Part shown: positions 1 to 11,846 of the stretch, piece after piece | Layout: each line of letters opens with the position of its first letter | How positions within the stretch are numbered: position 1 is the stretch's first letter | Translations under genes and position numbers: made by a program | Notes under the pieces: generated by a model | The model's database searches: none | The model's input: only the letters and a program-made list of their open reading frames with translations | What the model was told of the DNA's origin: nothing | NCBI RefSeq assembly: GCF_963921235.1 | Contig: NC_086108.1 | Span: 97,218,001-97,282,000, forward strand | Source of the DNA: Mobula hypostoma | Taxonomy: Eukaryota | Direction of reading: 5' to 3' | Length of the DNA stretch: 64,000 bases

Positions 1-415
1 ACCGATGAAATAGGAAGGAAAAGCAATGATCTGGTGAAAAGAGATTTTAGAGAGCTAGGTAGAAAGCTGAGAAGCAGGACCTCTAGGGTAGTAATTTCTA
101 GATTGCTACCTGTGCCGTGTGGCAGTGAGGGTAGAAACAGGATGATCTGCAAATTCATGCGTGGTGCAAGGGTAGGGCTTCAGGTTCTTGGATCATTGGG
201 ATCTCTTCTGGGGGAGGTATGACCTGTTCAAAAGTGATGGGTTGCACCTGAACTTGAGGGGAATCAATGTTCCTGTGGGCAGGTTTGTTAGAGCTGTTGG
301 GGAGGGTTTAGACTAATTTGGCAAGGTGGTGGGAACTGGAGTGAGCCAGGATAGGATGGGGATGGATGGTAAAAAAAGCAAAGATAGTGTGCAGACAGAC
401 TGTCAGGAAGGGCAG

Positions 416-538
416 ACAGATGATAGGACATAATTGCAGCCAGCAGGGTGAGTATCACAGATGATAGGACATAATTGCAGCCAGCAGGGTGAGTATCACA
501 GATGATAGGACATAATTGCAGCCAGCAGGGTGAGTATC
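416..538 (+). repeat. Three tandem copies of a 41-bp unit in the CR1 inter-ORF region
   Basis: acagatgataggacataattgcagccagcagggtgagtatc starts at 416, 457 and 498. Confidence 0.95.
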
Positions 539-1530
539 AGTGCATTTGGGATACAGAATCATAAAGGGTAGCAAATACAGTACTCAAAGTGTTATATCTC
601 TATGCATGGAGTATAAGAAATAAGGTGGGTGATCTTGTTGCGCTTTTACAGATTGTCAGGTATGACGTTGTGGCCGAAACTGAGTTGTGGCTGAAGGATG
701 GTTGTAGTTAAGAGCTGAATGTCCAAGATACATGTTACTGTATATCAGGGGGCTAGAAAAGTAGGCAGAGGGGGTGGTGTGGCTCTACCGGTAAAAAGAA
801 TGACATCAAATCATTAGAAAGATGTGACATGGGATTGGAAGATGTTGAATCTTTGTGCTATGAGTTAAGAAATTGCAGGGGCAGTTATATACAGGCTGCC
901 CAACTGTAGCTCGGATGTGGACCACAGATTACAACAGGAAATAGAAAATGCGTAAAAAAAAAAAAAAAAAGGGCAATGTTATGATAGTCGTGGGAGATTT
1001 CAACATGCCGGTCGAATGGGAAAATTAGGTTGGAAATGGATCTCAAGAGAGTGAGTTTGTTGATGGCTTTTTAGAGTAGTTTGTCGTTGAGCCTTCTAGG
1101 GAATCTGCTATACAGGCTTGGGTGTAATGTAATGAACTGGAGGCGATTATGGAGCTTAATGTAAAAGAACCCTTATGAACCAGTGATCTACTTGAAATTT
1201 GATAGGGAGAAAGTAAAGTCTGACATAACAGTATGTAGTGGAGTAAAGGAAATTACAGTGGTACGAGAGAGGAGTTGGCCAAAATAAATTGGAAGGAGCT
1301 GCTGGCATGGATGACAGCAGACCAGCAATGGATCAAGTTTCTGGGAAAAATGAGGAAGTTGCAGGATAAATGTACTCCAAAAACCATATAAAGACTCAAA
1401 TAACAAAATAGTACAACTATAGCTGACAAAGTAATGTAAAAGCAAAAGAGAGAGCATATGACAAAGCAAAAATTAGTGGGAAGACAGAGGATTGGGAAAA
1501 TTATAAAACCCAGAGAGTGACTAAAATATT

Positions 1531-1592
1531 GTCCTGAAGAATATTGTCAATATTAAACCGGTCTGCGGTGCAAAAGAGGTTGGGGACCCCTG
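1531..1592 (+). mobile_element. Single terminal fragment of a hAT-type non-autonomous element
   Basis: gaatattgtcaatattaaaccggtctgcggtgcaaaagaggttggggacccctg nearly matches the right end of the element at 43689-44456. Confidence 0.85.
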
Positions 1593-2034
1593 ACCCAAGG
1601 GTACATAAGTCACCCGGGCCAGATGAACTGTAGCCTAGAGTTCTGAAAAAGGTAGCGATAGAGACTGTGGAGGCATTGGTAATGATCTTTCCTAAAGTTA
1701 CTGGACTCTGGCATGGTGCCAGAGGACTGGAAAATTGCAAATGTCACTCCACTCTTTAAGAAAGGAGGAAGGCAGCAGAAAGGAAATTATAGACGAGTTA
1801 GCCTGACTTTTGTGGTTGGGAAGATGTTAGAGTCAATTGTTAAGGGTGAGGTTATGGAGTACTTGGTGACACAGGTCGGCATGGTTCCCTTCAGGCAAAA
1901 TCCTGCCTGACGATCCTGTTGGAATTTCTTGAGGAGATAACAAGTAGGATAGATAAAGGGGGTGTAATGGATGTTGTATATTTGGACTTTCAGAAGGCCT
2001 TTGACAAGATACCACACATGAGACTGCTTACCAA

Positions 2035-2733
2035 CGTAGCCCCCCCCCCCGGCCACCCTCAGGTTCGCTCGGCTCGCTGTCGTCTAGGGAAACAGCCCTC
2101 AGCCCTGGCAAACTGGGTAATTTGTTTGTGTGGATGCTGTGTGATGTACCCCACCCGCCCAAATAACAGACAATACACCAGATACGATTAAATGATTTAC
2201 AGTTTATAGATATTACTGGAACTATATAATTAAGAGAAAATAAAATATAAAAGGAAAATAAAAGGTGCCACACTTATCAAAGTTCAATCTCTTCGTGCAC
2301 AAAAACTGTTGGAGCTCAAGGACCTTCTTCTTCACCCTGCGACCCCCTCGGACCACCTCGACCTGCTGCCTGGGACCAACAACGGTGGTCGACCAGACGC
2401 TCCACACAAGTCCGTCTCCGTCTCCTCGCCGAACGCCCTCCTTGGGGTCTGGCCCCGTTAGCGGACATCACAGCACATCGTCCATCCTCTGTCTTGCTCT
2501 CCTGCCTTCTGCCCCAAAATCCCACACATACAGTATCTTCAAATACACCAAAACCATAACAACTATCCCAATTGGTTAATAGGGCTCTATTACCAGACTC
2601 TTAAGAAAAACAAGCTGCTAGCGCAAACTTTCTCAGCGCTTAACACAACAAAGCCGCATTCCCCAGATTAACATAACAAGGACGCCATTTTAATTAGCCT
2701 CCGCAGTAACATAAAAGTCGAAATTCCCTTACA
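2035..2733 (-). mobile_element. Solo LTR (probably Gypsy- or ERV-type) inserted into the CR1 RT region
   Basis: 699-bp insert; 4-bp duplication CCAA at 2031-2034 and 2734-2737; minus-strand termini TGTAAG...CTACG (one change from TG..CA); CR1 sequence resumes in register on both sides. Confidence 0.8.
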
Positions 2734-4568
2734 CCAATTTAAGAGCCCATGGTATTACAGGAAAGTTACCAACATGGTTAGAGCATTGGCTGATTGGTAG
2801 CAGGCAGCGAGTGGGAATAAAAGGATCCCTTTCCCGTTGGCTGCCAGTGTCTAGTGGTGTTCTGCAGGGGTCGGTGTTGTGACCGCTTCTTTTTATGCAG
2901 TATTTCAATGATTTAGATGATGGAATAGATGGCTTTGTTGCCAAGTTTTCAGATGATACGAAGGTTGGTGGAGGAGTGGGTAGTTTTGAGGAAACCAGTA
3001 GGCTGCAGAGGGACTTAGACAGATAAGGAGAATGGACAAGAGAGTGGCAAATGAAATACAATGTTGGAAAATGCATATTCATGCACTTTGGTAGAAGAAA
3101 TAAATGTGCAGACTATTTTCTAACTGGGGAGAGAATCTAAAAATCTGAGATGCAAAGGGACTTGGGAGTCCTTGTACAGAACACCCTAAAGGTTAACTTG
3201 TAGGTAGAGTTGGTAGTGAGGAAGGCAAATGCAATGCTAACATTCAGTTCGAGAGATCTAGAAAACAAGAGCAAGGATGTGATGCTGAGGCTTTATAAGG
3301 CACTGGTGAGGCCTCATTTTGAGTATTTTGAACAGTTTTGGGCTCCTCATCTAAGAAATGATGTGCTAGCATTGGAGAGGGTTCAGAGGAGGTTCACAAG
3401 AATGATTCCAGGAATGAAAGGGTTATCATACAAGAAGCGTTTGATGGCTCTGTGTCTGTACTCAGAAGGATGAGGGAGGATCTCATTGAAACCTTTGAAA
3501 TGTTGAAAGGCTTAGGCAGAGTAGATTGGAAAGGATATTTCCCATGGTGGGGTGTCTATTTAAAACTGAGATGTGAAGAAATTTCTTTAGCCAGAGGGTG
3601 GTGAATTTGTGAAATTTATTACCACTGGCTGCTGTGGAGATCAGGTTGTTTGGTGTACTTAAGGCATAGCTTGATAGGTTCTTGATTGGTCACAGCCTCA
3701 AAGGTTATGGGGAGAAGGCTGGGGAGTAGGGATGAAGAAGAGACAAAAGAATCAGGTGTGATTGATTGGCCAGCAGACTCGATGGGCCAGATGGCCTAGT
3801 TCTGCTCCTATGTCTTATGGCTATGGAGGGCTATGGTCCAGACGCAGGTCGTTGGGAGCAGGCAGTTTAAAGGGTTTCGGCATTCAGTAGATGGGCCAAA
3901 GGGCCTATATTTGTGCTGTACTTCTCTATGACTTTATAAGAACATAAGGCATCAGAGCAGAATTAGGTCAATTGGCCCATCAAGCCTGTACTGCCATTCC
4001 ACCGTGGCTGATTTATTGTCCCCATTCTTCTGCCTCCTCTCCGTAACCTTGACCTCCACAGCCCTGTGAGGCAATGAATTCCACAGATTCACCACTCTGT
4101 GGTTCTGATCCACTACTGCAAATGATGCTTTTCACTTTGTTTCCACGTACATGTGGCAAATTATTGAATCTGAATCTCAAACTGGATATGAATTCTCCTT
4201 CTACAGATGGTGCCTTTGGCTGTTTAGTTAAATTTATTGTTTATGCATTTATTGAACACCTGTGCTGACTAGGCCAATGCTTAATAACCTATTCTCATTG
4301 ACACTCAGTGAGACTACTGCCCGGATATTTTAGAGGGCCAATTATGGAATCATGGAAATCTATGGTACAAGACCTTTCAGCCTATTGTATCATGCCAACC
4401 AATAAGAGCTATTGAGACTGGTCTCACTTAGAGGGAGAATTGTTAGATTTGATGCTGGTTCATTTCTACCACTTCTGGTTTCAGACCTCACTACATTTGG
4501 GGATAAAGTGTTTCCTCATCGTTATGGACTTGCTGTTAAGGACAATAGTCCCTTCCTACCCATTTTCA

Positions 4569-4918
4569 CAGTCATAGTCATAGTCATAGTCATACTTTAT
4601 TGATCCCGGGGGAAATTGGTTTTCGTTACAGTTGCACCATAAAAAATTAAATAGTAATAAAACCATAAATAGTTTAACAGTAATATGTAAATTATGCCAG
4701 GAAATAAGTCCAGGACCAGCCTATCGGCTCAGGGTGTCTGACCCTCCAGGGGAGGAGTTGTAAAGTTTGATGGCCACAGGCAGGAATGACTTCCTATGAC
4801 GCTCTGTGTTGCATCTCGGTGGAATGAGTCTCTGGCTGAATGTACTCCTGTGCCCACCCAGTACATTATGCAGTGGATGGGAGACATTAACCAAGATGGC
4901 ATGCAACTTGGACAGCAT
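4569..4918 (-). mobile_element. Rex1/Babar-like LINE 3' end
   Basis: Peptide SHPLHNVL...RLIPPRCNTERHRKSFLPVAIKLYN; AATAAA followed by (GACTAT)n tail on minus strand. Confidence 0.8.
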
Positions 4919-5264
4919 TTTATCTAGGAGCTCGTAATTTGGTGCAACTTACATATTATATTTTGTTATATATAATGTAATATTTTGTTTTATATGCTGT
5001 GTGATATATGTGTCATGGTCTGGAGTAAAGTTGTTTCACTTAGTTGTATACATGTATAGTCAGATGACAATAAACTTGAATTTGATTTAAATACATTCTC
5101 CCTTAGTGTACACTGTTTCAAAGAACATAGCCCTTAGTTTAGCAAATTACATAACTATTATTGTCCTGGCAGCATCCTTGTCAATCTCATCTGCACCGCT
5201 TTCTGACAAGGAATAACATAAAGTCCCAGTTTTAAATGTAATGTGTTTTACACCTAAAACTTGT

Positions 5265-5545
5265 GCAGCATGGTAGGGTAATAATATTACAGCACCATTG
5301 ACCCATATTCAATTCTGCTGCTGTCTGTAAGGAGTTTCTATGTTCTGTCCATGACTGTGTGGCTTTCCACAGACATACTGGTTCGGGTAGTGAGTTGTGA
5401 ACATGCTATGTTCATGTTGAAACCATGGTGACACTTGCAAGCTACTCCCAGCACATCCTCGCATTGTATCGGTCATTTATGCAAATGACTTGTTTCACTG
5501 TATGCTTTGATGTACAAGTGACAAATAAAACTGATTTTTAATCTT
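5265..5545 (+). mobile_element. Decayed tRNA-derived SINE
   Basis: Similar along its length to the SINE at 26742-27072; 3' gtgacaaataaaactgat. Confidence 0.6.
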
Positions 5546-6049
5546 TCAGGTTGAGGAAGGAATCTTGCAAACGACCTTAACCACTGCTTTGCTATCTCCT
5601 GGGATTTGTAAAGGTGTCTGCCAATGCCTTTCTACCCTGATCAGCTACTTCACATCCACAGTGGTCCGGGTTCAACTGGAGTCTCACAGCAGCTGTGCCA
5701 ACTGCTTGGGTTCCAACATTTCCTGTACTTTGTTTCTGTATCCCCTCGAGGGAGCCTCCCTATTGTAACGACCTTACCTACCTTGTGAGGTTAAAAGAGG
5801 ATATTAGCTGGAATGATGGTTTCAAACAGCAACACTACTTTCAGATCAGGATTGCCATGATTTCCCAGGTGTACATAAGTCCAGAATGTTCACTGTAGCA
5901 AACATGGTCTCTTCGGCGATTTTGTGTTTAAAGCAATGTAATAGTTACCATGAGAACAACCTTTATTGAAGGAACAACTAACAAACTTTAGTTGGTACAA
6001 GAATGTACCAAAGTCATGTCATGTTTCACTCTTGATTTTAAAGATTAAA

Positions 6050-6320
6050 GAGCAAGAGAGATTAGCTTTATTTGTCACACTGGAACATACAGTGAAATGC
6101 ATCATTTACTTCAACGTCCAACATGATCTGAGGATTACCTTGGGGACAGTCCATAGGTGTAGCCATGCTTCCGGCACCAATGCAGCATGCCCGTAACTTA
6201 CTAACCCTAACTGTACATCTTTGGAATGTGGGAGGAAACCAGAGCACCCAGAGGAAAACCACACTGACACGGAAAGAACGTAGAAACTCCATACAGACAC
6301 ACTGATCACCAGCACTGTAA
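6050..6320 (-). mobile_element. V-domain SINE
   Basis: Reverse-complement V-domain motif tttggaatgtgggaggaaaccagagcacccagaggaaa. Confidence 0.75.
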
Positions 6321-7435
6321 GTTCAAAGTTCAAAGTAAATTTATTATCAAAGTATGTATATGTATCCAACTACTACCCTCAGATGAATTTTCTTGCAGGG
6401 ATTCACAGTAGAACAAAGAAGTACAAGCGAAAATCTATGCACCAACAAAGACACGGTGGTGTGACACAATTGCAACCCGGGCGTCGGAGTTCAGAGTTCG
6501 GTTCCAATGTCCTCTGTAAGCAAGTTTGTGCATTCCTTCCCCTGTGTGCGTGGGTTTCCTCCGGGAGCTCTGGTTTCCTCCCACAGTCCAAAGACATACT
6601 GGTGAGTCGGTGAATTGGTCATTGTAAATTGTGATTATGCTAGTGTTCAATCGGTGGGTTGCTGGGCGCTCTGGCTCAAAGGGCCAGATGGGCCTATTCC
6701 GTACGGTAATATTGAGAACGAGTTGTAGAGTCCTTAAAAGTTTCCTTTGGTTGTGTTCAATGATCCTTACAGTGTTGTGGTGAGTGAACATGTGCCCATT
6801 GGTTCAGGAGCCCGATAGTTGAAGGGTAATAACTGTTCTTGAAACTGGTGCTGGGGGACCTAAAGCTCCTGTAGCTCCTTCCTGATGGTAGCAGTGAGAA
6901 GCGAGCGTGGCCTTGATGGTTGGGTCCTTGATAATGGACACTAATTTCTTGAGGAAGCTCTCTTTCTAGATATGCTCAATGGTGGGGAGAGCTTTTCCTG
7001 TGATGATCATAATAATCAGCTCTTTAGTTTTGCTGACATTGAGAGAGAGGTTGTTGTGGTACCACTCAGTCGGTTTTCAAATGTCCCTCCATCTTGATTC
7101 GGCCAACAGCACTGGTGTAGTCAGCGAACCTCAATATGGCATTGGAGTTGTACTTAGCTTCACAGTCATAAACTTACTGCAGGTAGAGCATCGGGCCAAG
7201 TACACAGCCTTGTGGTGCGCCTGTGCTGACTTGAGATTGAGGAGATGTTGTTCCCAATCCGAACTGACATCCGAAGTGAGGAAATCGAGGATCCAACTGC
7301 ATGAGGAGGTATTGAACCCAGGTCTTGAAGCTTATTGATTAGTTTTGAGGGGATGATAGTGTTGAATGCCGAGCTTAGTCAACGAGGAGCTTCCTGATGT
7401 ATGTATTCTCACTGTCCAGATGTTCCATAGCGGAG
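6320..7435 (-). mobile_element. Decayed Rex1/Babar-like LINE 3' portion, interrupted by a V-SINE
   Basis: (TTGAAC)-type tail at ~6320; sequence similar to the RT-downstream region of 10880-11846. Confidence 0.7.
6452..6706 (+). mobile_element. V-domain SINE
   Basis: gcgtgggtttcctccgggagctctggtttcctcccacagtccaaagacat. Confidence 0.8.
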
Positions 7436-7439
7436 TAGA

Positions 7440-8518
7440 CATTTCATGACATATGTGAGTGATGATGAACCTGATTCTGATATGAGTCTCTATTGTGGAC
7501 TGAGAGTGGGAAAGGGGTAGGGAGAGGGGAATCACGTTTGCGAATTTGGGAAGGGAGAGGGAAGGGTGCGGGAAGCACAGAGGAGACATTCTGTAATGAT
7601 CAATAAACCAATAGTTTGGAATCGAATGAACTTGCCTGGTGTCCCAGGGCTGGGAGTGTCTGCACCCGAGCCATGACCCCCACCCTGGCAATTCTTCTCT
7701 GCCACCTGTCCTATACACCCCCCCACCCTGGCAATTCTTCTCTGCCACCTGTCCTGCACCCCTCGACCCCTGGCAATTCTACCCTGCCACCTGTCCTGCA
7801 CCCTCCACCCCTGGCAATTCTTCTCTGCCACCTGACCTGCACCCCTCACCCCGGCAATTCTCCTCTGCCACCTGTCCTGCACCCCCCACCCCGGCAATTC
7901 TCCTCTGCCACCTGTCCTGCACCCCCACCCTGGCAATTCTCCTCTGCCACCTGTCCTACACCCCCCACCCTGGCAATTCTTCTCTGCCACCTGTCCTGCA
8001 CCCTCCACCGCTGGCAATTCTTCTCTGCCACCCGACCTGCACCCCTCACCCCGGCAATTCTCCTCTGCCACCTGTCCTGCACCCCCCACCCCGGCAATTC
8101 TCCTCTGCCACCTGTCCTGCACCCCCACCCTGGCAATTCTCCTCTGCCACCTGACCTGCACCACCCACCCTGGCAATTCTCCTCTGCCACCTGACCTGCA
8201 CCCCTCACCCTGGCAATTCTCCTCTGCCACCTGTCCTGCACCACCCACCCTGGCAATTCTCCTCTGCCACCTGTCCTGCATCCCCACCCCGGCAATTCTC
8301 CTCTGCCACCTGTCCTGCACCCCTCACCCCTGGCAATTCCCCTCTGCCACCTGTCCTGCATCCCTCCTGCAGAGCTCCACTCTTGCCATTCCCAACAACC
8401 CTGGCACCTGCCAGATTTACAAACTCGCTCTCCGCTCCACATTGATGAATACAGTAGTATGCAGAAGTCTGAGGGATCCTAAAAACATATATGTGCCTGA
8501 GACTTTTGTATAGTACTG
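7440..8518. mobile_element. Composite non-autonomous element ending in a Tc1-like mini-palindrome; hosts a minisatellite expansion
   Basis: Core shared with 20915-21110, 25771-26180, 32813-33303; TA-flanked palindrome at 8452-8518. Confidence 0.7.
7676..8362. repeat. GC-rich minisatellite, ~17 copies of a ~39-41-bp unit
   Basis: Unit ccctggcaattctcctctgccacctgtcctgcacccccac; accounts for the repetitive ORFs in several frames. Confidence 0.97.
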
Positions 8519-9594
8519 TACATACCAACATACTTCACTTATGGGGAATAAACAATTGTCAAACACGTGGCAAATGGGGAAATAATACCGTTATTCATTT
8601 GGATTTCCTGGAAAAATATTGAGGATTAATACAAGGTCACAATTTGGGGAAATGGCTATCTTTCTCCAGTATAGAACTGTAGAAAGTGTGTGCAGAAACT
8701 CAGTTTTAAATAAAATCTGGTATTAAGTAATATCAGAACTAAGTCACAAGTGATTATATAATCAGCTTAATATCGCACAATAGTTTATACTTTTTGAATG
8801 GCTTCTCCAGCAACAGAAACTTAGATCCCTGAAAGCAAAGAGAGAAGTTTAACTTGACTTTGATGTTTAGTATCCCTGGTGGACTTGCCGTTACTCAGGT
8901 GTGAACAGAAATGTGTATCACTCACACTTCGAAATTGCAGAACTATTCCCATTGATTTAATTCGGGATTTGAATGAGGTGGACAAGAGTCTACTCAAAAT
9001 GTCTAGTTTTTACGACTCATTTTAAAGGACCAAGCAGCAGAACAGAAACCATACAGTAGTTATTAGAATGTAATTTAAAAGTGCATAAGTAATTTGGAGT
9101 GCAGCAGGAGTTCACAGGATTTAATCTGGAGAAGTAGATGGGTGTCAGCAAAAGTCAAGACCTTACACCCTTCAAGCAGACATTTTCTGTCTCCCGGACT
9201 CGCTTTAGTTTTAATGATATTTCAGGCGCACACAAAGCAGATAATACCCACCGCCCCCACAAGCTCTGAGAGTTGAGGGATAAGCTTTTTTGTCTTACAT
9301 CTCCAAGCCTGCAGGCTCTGAGTACATGGATTCAAAATTTCAGAAATCTTCCGAGCAGCCATTACAAAATCTGAACATGTTGGGATCAGGGCTTCAACCT
9401 TTCTCCTCAGCGCAGGGTGCAAAGGTCACCAAATCTGGGATTACTCCGTGTTTGTACACTAATGACAAAGTCACAGACTTGCAGGCTGACCGTCATTTGC
9501 CCAATGTTTACCAACCACCCTCCCTAAGTCCAATGGTCACCAAAGATGTCTGAAGGTCTGACATTCACAAGTATTCCAATACTGTGTAAGGTTT

Positions 9595-9893
9595 TATTTA
9601 TTTTATTTAGAGATACACCACGGAACAAGCCCTTCCAGCCCTTCGAGCCACACCACACAGCAACCCACTGATTTAACCCTAACCTAATCATGGGAAAATT
9701 TACAATGCCCAACTAACCTACTAACTGGTACATCTTTGGACTGTGGGTGGAAGCCAGAGCACCCGGAGAAAACCCACGCACACACAGGAAGGAACTTTCA
9801 AACTTGCTTGCAGAAGATGGCGGATTTGAGCTCTGGACTCCGACACCCTGGCTGTCACAGCGTCGTGCTAACCGTCACGCTATCGTGGCGCCC
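9595..9893 (-). mobile_element. V-domain SINE, near full length
   Basis: tRNA-like head at ~9893 (GGGGCGCCACGATAGCGTGACGGTTAGC on minus), V-domain at 9735-9780, A-rich AATAAA tail. Confidence 0.82.
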
Positions 9894-10399
9894 CAAGGCC
9901 AACGAGCATCTTAGAAAGTGATCAAAAATATGAACTAAAATGCTTATTAAATCCTACAATTAAAAATGTTTAACTGAATGTACCCTGTCAAATCAATGAA
10001 GTGTACGCAATTATGAGGAGTATAGAGAGGGAAGATGCATGCAGGCTCTTCCCATTGAGACTAGAACCAGAGGTCATGGGTTAAGGGTGAAAGGTGAAAA
10101 GTTTAAAGGGAACATGAGAGGGAACTTCAGTCAGAGAGTGGTGAGACTGAGGAACGGGCTGCCAATGGGAGTAGTGGATGTGGGTTTGATTTGAACTTTT
10201 AAAAGAAGTTAAGATTGGTATGAGGATAGAAGGGGCACGAAGGGCTATGGTCTGGTGCTGATCGATGAGACTAGGCAGAGTATTAGTTTGGCACAGACTA
10301 GATGGACCCAAGGGCCTGTTTTTGTGCTGTATTGTTCTATGATTCTAAGTCCGTCCCAGATCCAACTAAGGCCTATTTCAACAGTGGATTCCCCAGGAA

Positions 10400-10745
10400 G
10401 AGCAACACGCACAAAATGCTGGAGGAATCCAGCAGGTCAGGCAGCATCTGTGGAGAAGAATAAAGGGACTCAGGTTGAGATCCTTCATCAGGAATGGAAG
10501 GGAAGGGGGAAGAAGCCGGAATAAGAAGGCGGGGGGGGTGGGGGAGGTAAGGAGAACAAGCTGGCAGGTATTAGATGCGTGGGAAGGTTGGTGGGGGAGA
10601 GGGTATGAAATATGAAGCTGGGAGTGATAGGTGGAGGAGGTAAAGGGCTGAAGAGGAAGGAATCTGACAGGAGAGAAGGGTGGACGATAGCAGAAAGGGA
10701 AGGAGGAGGGCACCAGAGGAAGATGATAGGCAGGGCATTCAACAG
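10400..10745 (-). mobile_element. Penelope-like pseudo-LTR / 3' fragment
   Basis: aaaatgctggaggaatccagcaggtcaggcagcatct and purine-rich tract shared with 40285-40700. Confidence 0.7.
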
Positions 10746-10879
10746 GTTGGGTGGCAAATGTGGAAATAGTTAAAATTTTAGGTAAAAGACACAATTGGAA
10801 GTGGGGAAAATGAGGATAGGGAGGGAAGGGAGTATCTCTAAAAGGATGGTGTTTACTTTGGTGATGAATGATAGTCATC

Positions 10880-11846
10880 CTCCTCACTGACGATCAACAC
10901 TGGTGCACCTCAGGGGTGTGTGCTTAGCCCACTGCTCTAGTCTCTGTGTACACATGACTGTGTGGCTAGGCATAGCTCAAACACCATTCATAAATTCGAT
11001 GATGATACAACCATTGTTGGTAGAATCTCAGGTGGTGATGAGAGGGCGTACAGGAGTGAGATATGCCAACTAGTGGAGTGGTGTCGCAGCAACAACCTGG
11101 CACTCAATGTCAGTAAGATGAAAGAGCTGATTGTGGACTTCAGGAAGGGTAAGATGAAGGAACACATACCAATCCTCATAGAGGGTTCAGAAGTGGAGAG
11201 AGTGAGCAGCTTCAAGTTCCTGGGTGTCAAGATCTCTGAGGATCTAACCTGGTCCCAACATATTGATGTAGTTATAAAGAAGGCAAGACAGCGGCTATAG
11301 TTCATTAGGAGTTTGAAGAGATTTGACATGTCAACAAATACACTCAAAAACTTCTATAGTTATACCATGGAGAGCATTCTGACAGGCTGCATCACTGTCT
11401 GGTATGGAGGGGCTACTGCACAGGACTGAAAGAAGCTGCAGAAGGTTGTAAATCTAGTCAGCTCCATCTTGGGTACTAGCCTACAAAGTACCCAGGACAT
11501 CTTCAGGGAGTGGTGTCTCAGAAAGGCAGCGTCCATTATTAAGGACTTCCAGCACCCAGGACATGCCCCTTTCTCACTGTTATCATCAGATAGGAGGTAC
11601 AGAAGCCTGAAGGCACACACTCAGCGATTCAGGAACAGCTTCTTCCCCTCTGCCATCCGATTCCTAAATGGACGTTGAAGCTTTGGACACAACCTCACTT
11701 TTTCTGTTCTTGCACGTTTTTTAAAATCTATTCAATATATGTAATTGATTTACTTGTTTATTTTGTTATTTATTATTATTTTTTTTCTCTCTATATTATG
11801 TATTGCATTGAACTGTTGCTGCTAAGTTAACAAATTTCACGTCACA
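10880..11846 (+). mobile_element. Rex1/Babar-clade LINE, 5'-truncated (RT C-terminal half and 3' UTR)
   Basis: NTGAPQGCVLSPLL, IHKFDDDTTIVG, LALNVSKMKELIVDFRK, FKFLGV, RFRNSFFPSAIRFLN; in-frame stops. Confidence 0.9.

Larger units (their letters stand above)
1..3825 (+). mobile_element. Decayed CR1-clade LINE (ORF1 esterase C-terminus, ORF2 endonuclease/RT remnants, 3' UTR), split by a solo LTR and an internal deletion
   Basis: Fragments FRELGRKLRSRTSRVVIS, VPEDWKIANVTPLFKKG, DVVYLDFQKAFDK, LYKALVRPHFEY; colinear with the better copy at 11846-15220; many stops/frameshifts. Confidence 0.93.

Noticed and set aside
7532..8531. Long ORFs (262, 198, 192, 171 aa) as protein genes
   Set aside because: Translations of the minisatellite, open in several frames on both strands
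9290..9553. 87-aa ORF in non-repetitive sequence
   Set aside because: No ATG start, no recognisable domain, no supported splice sites
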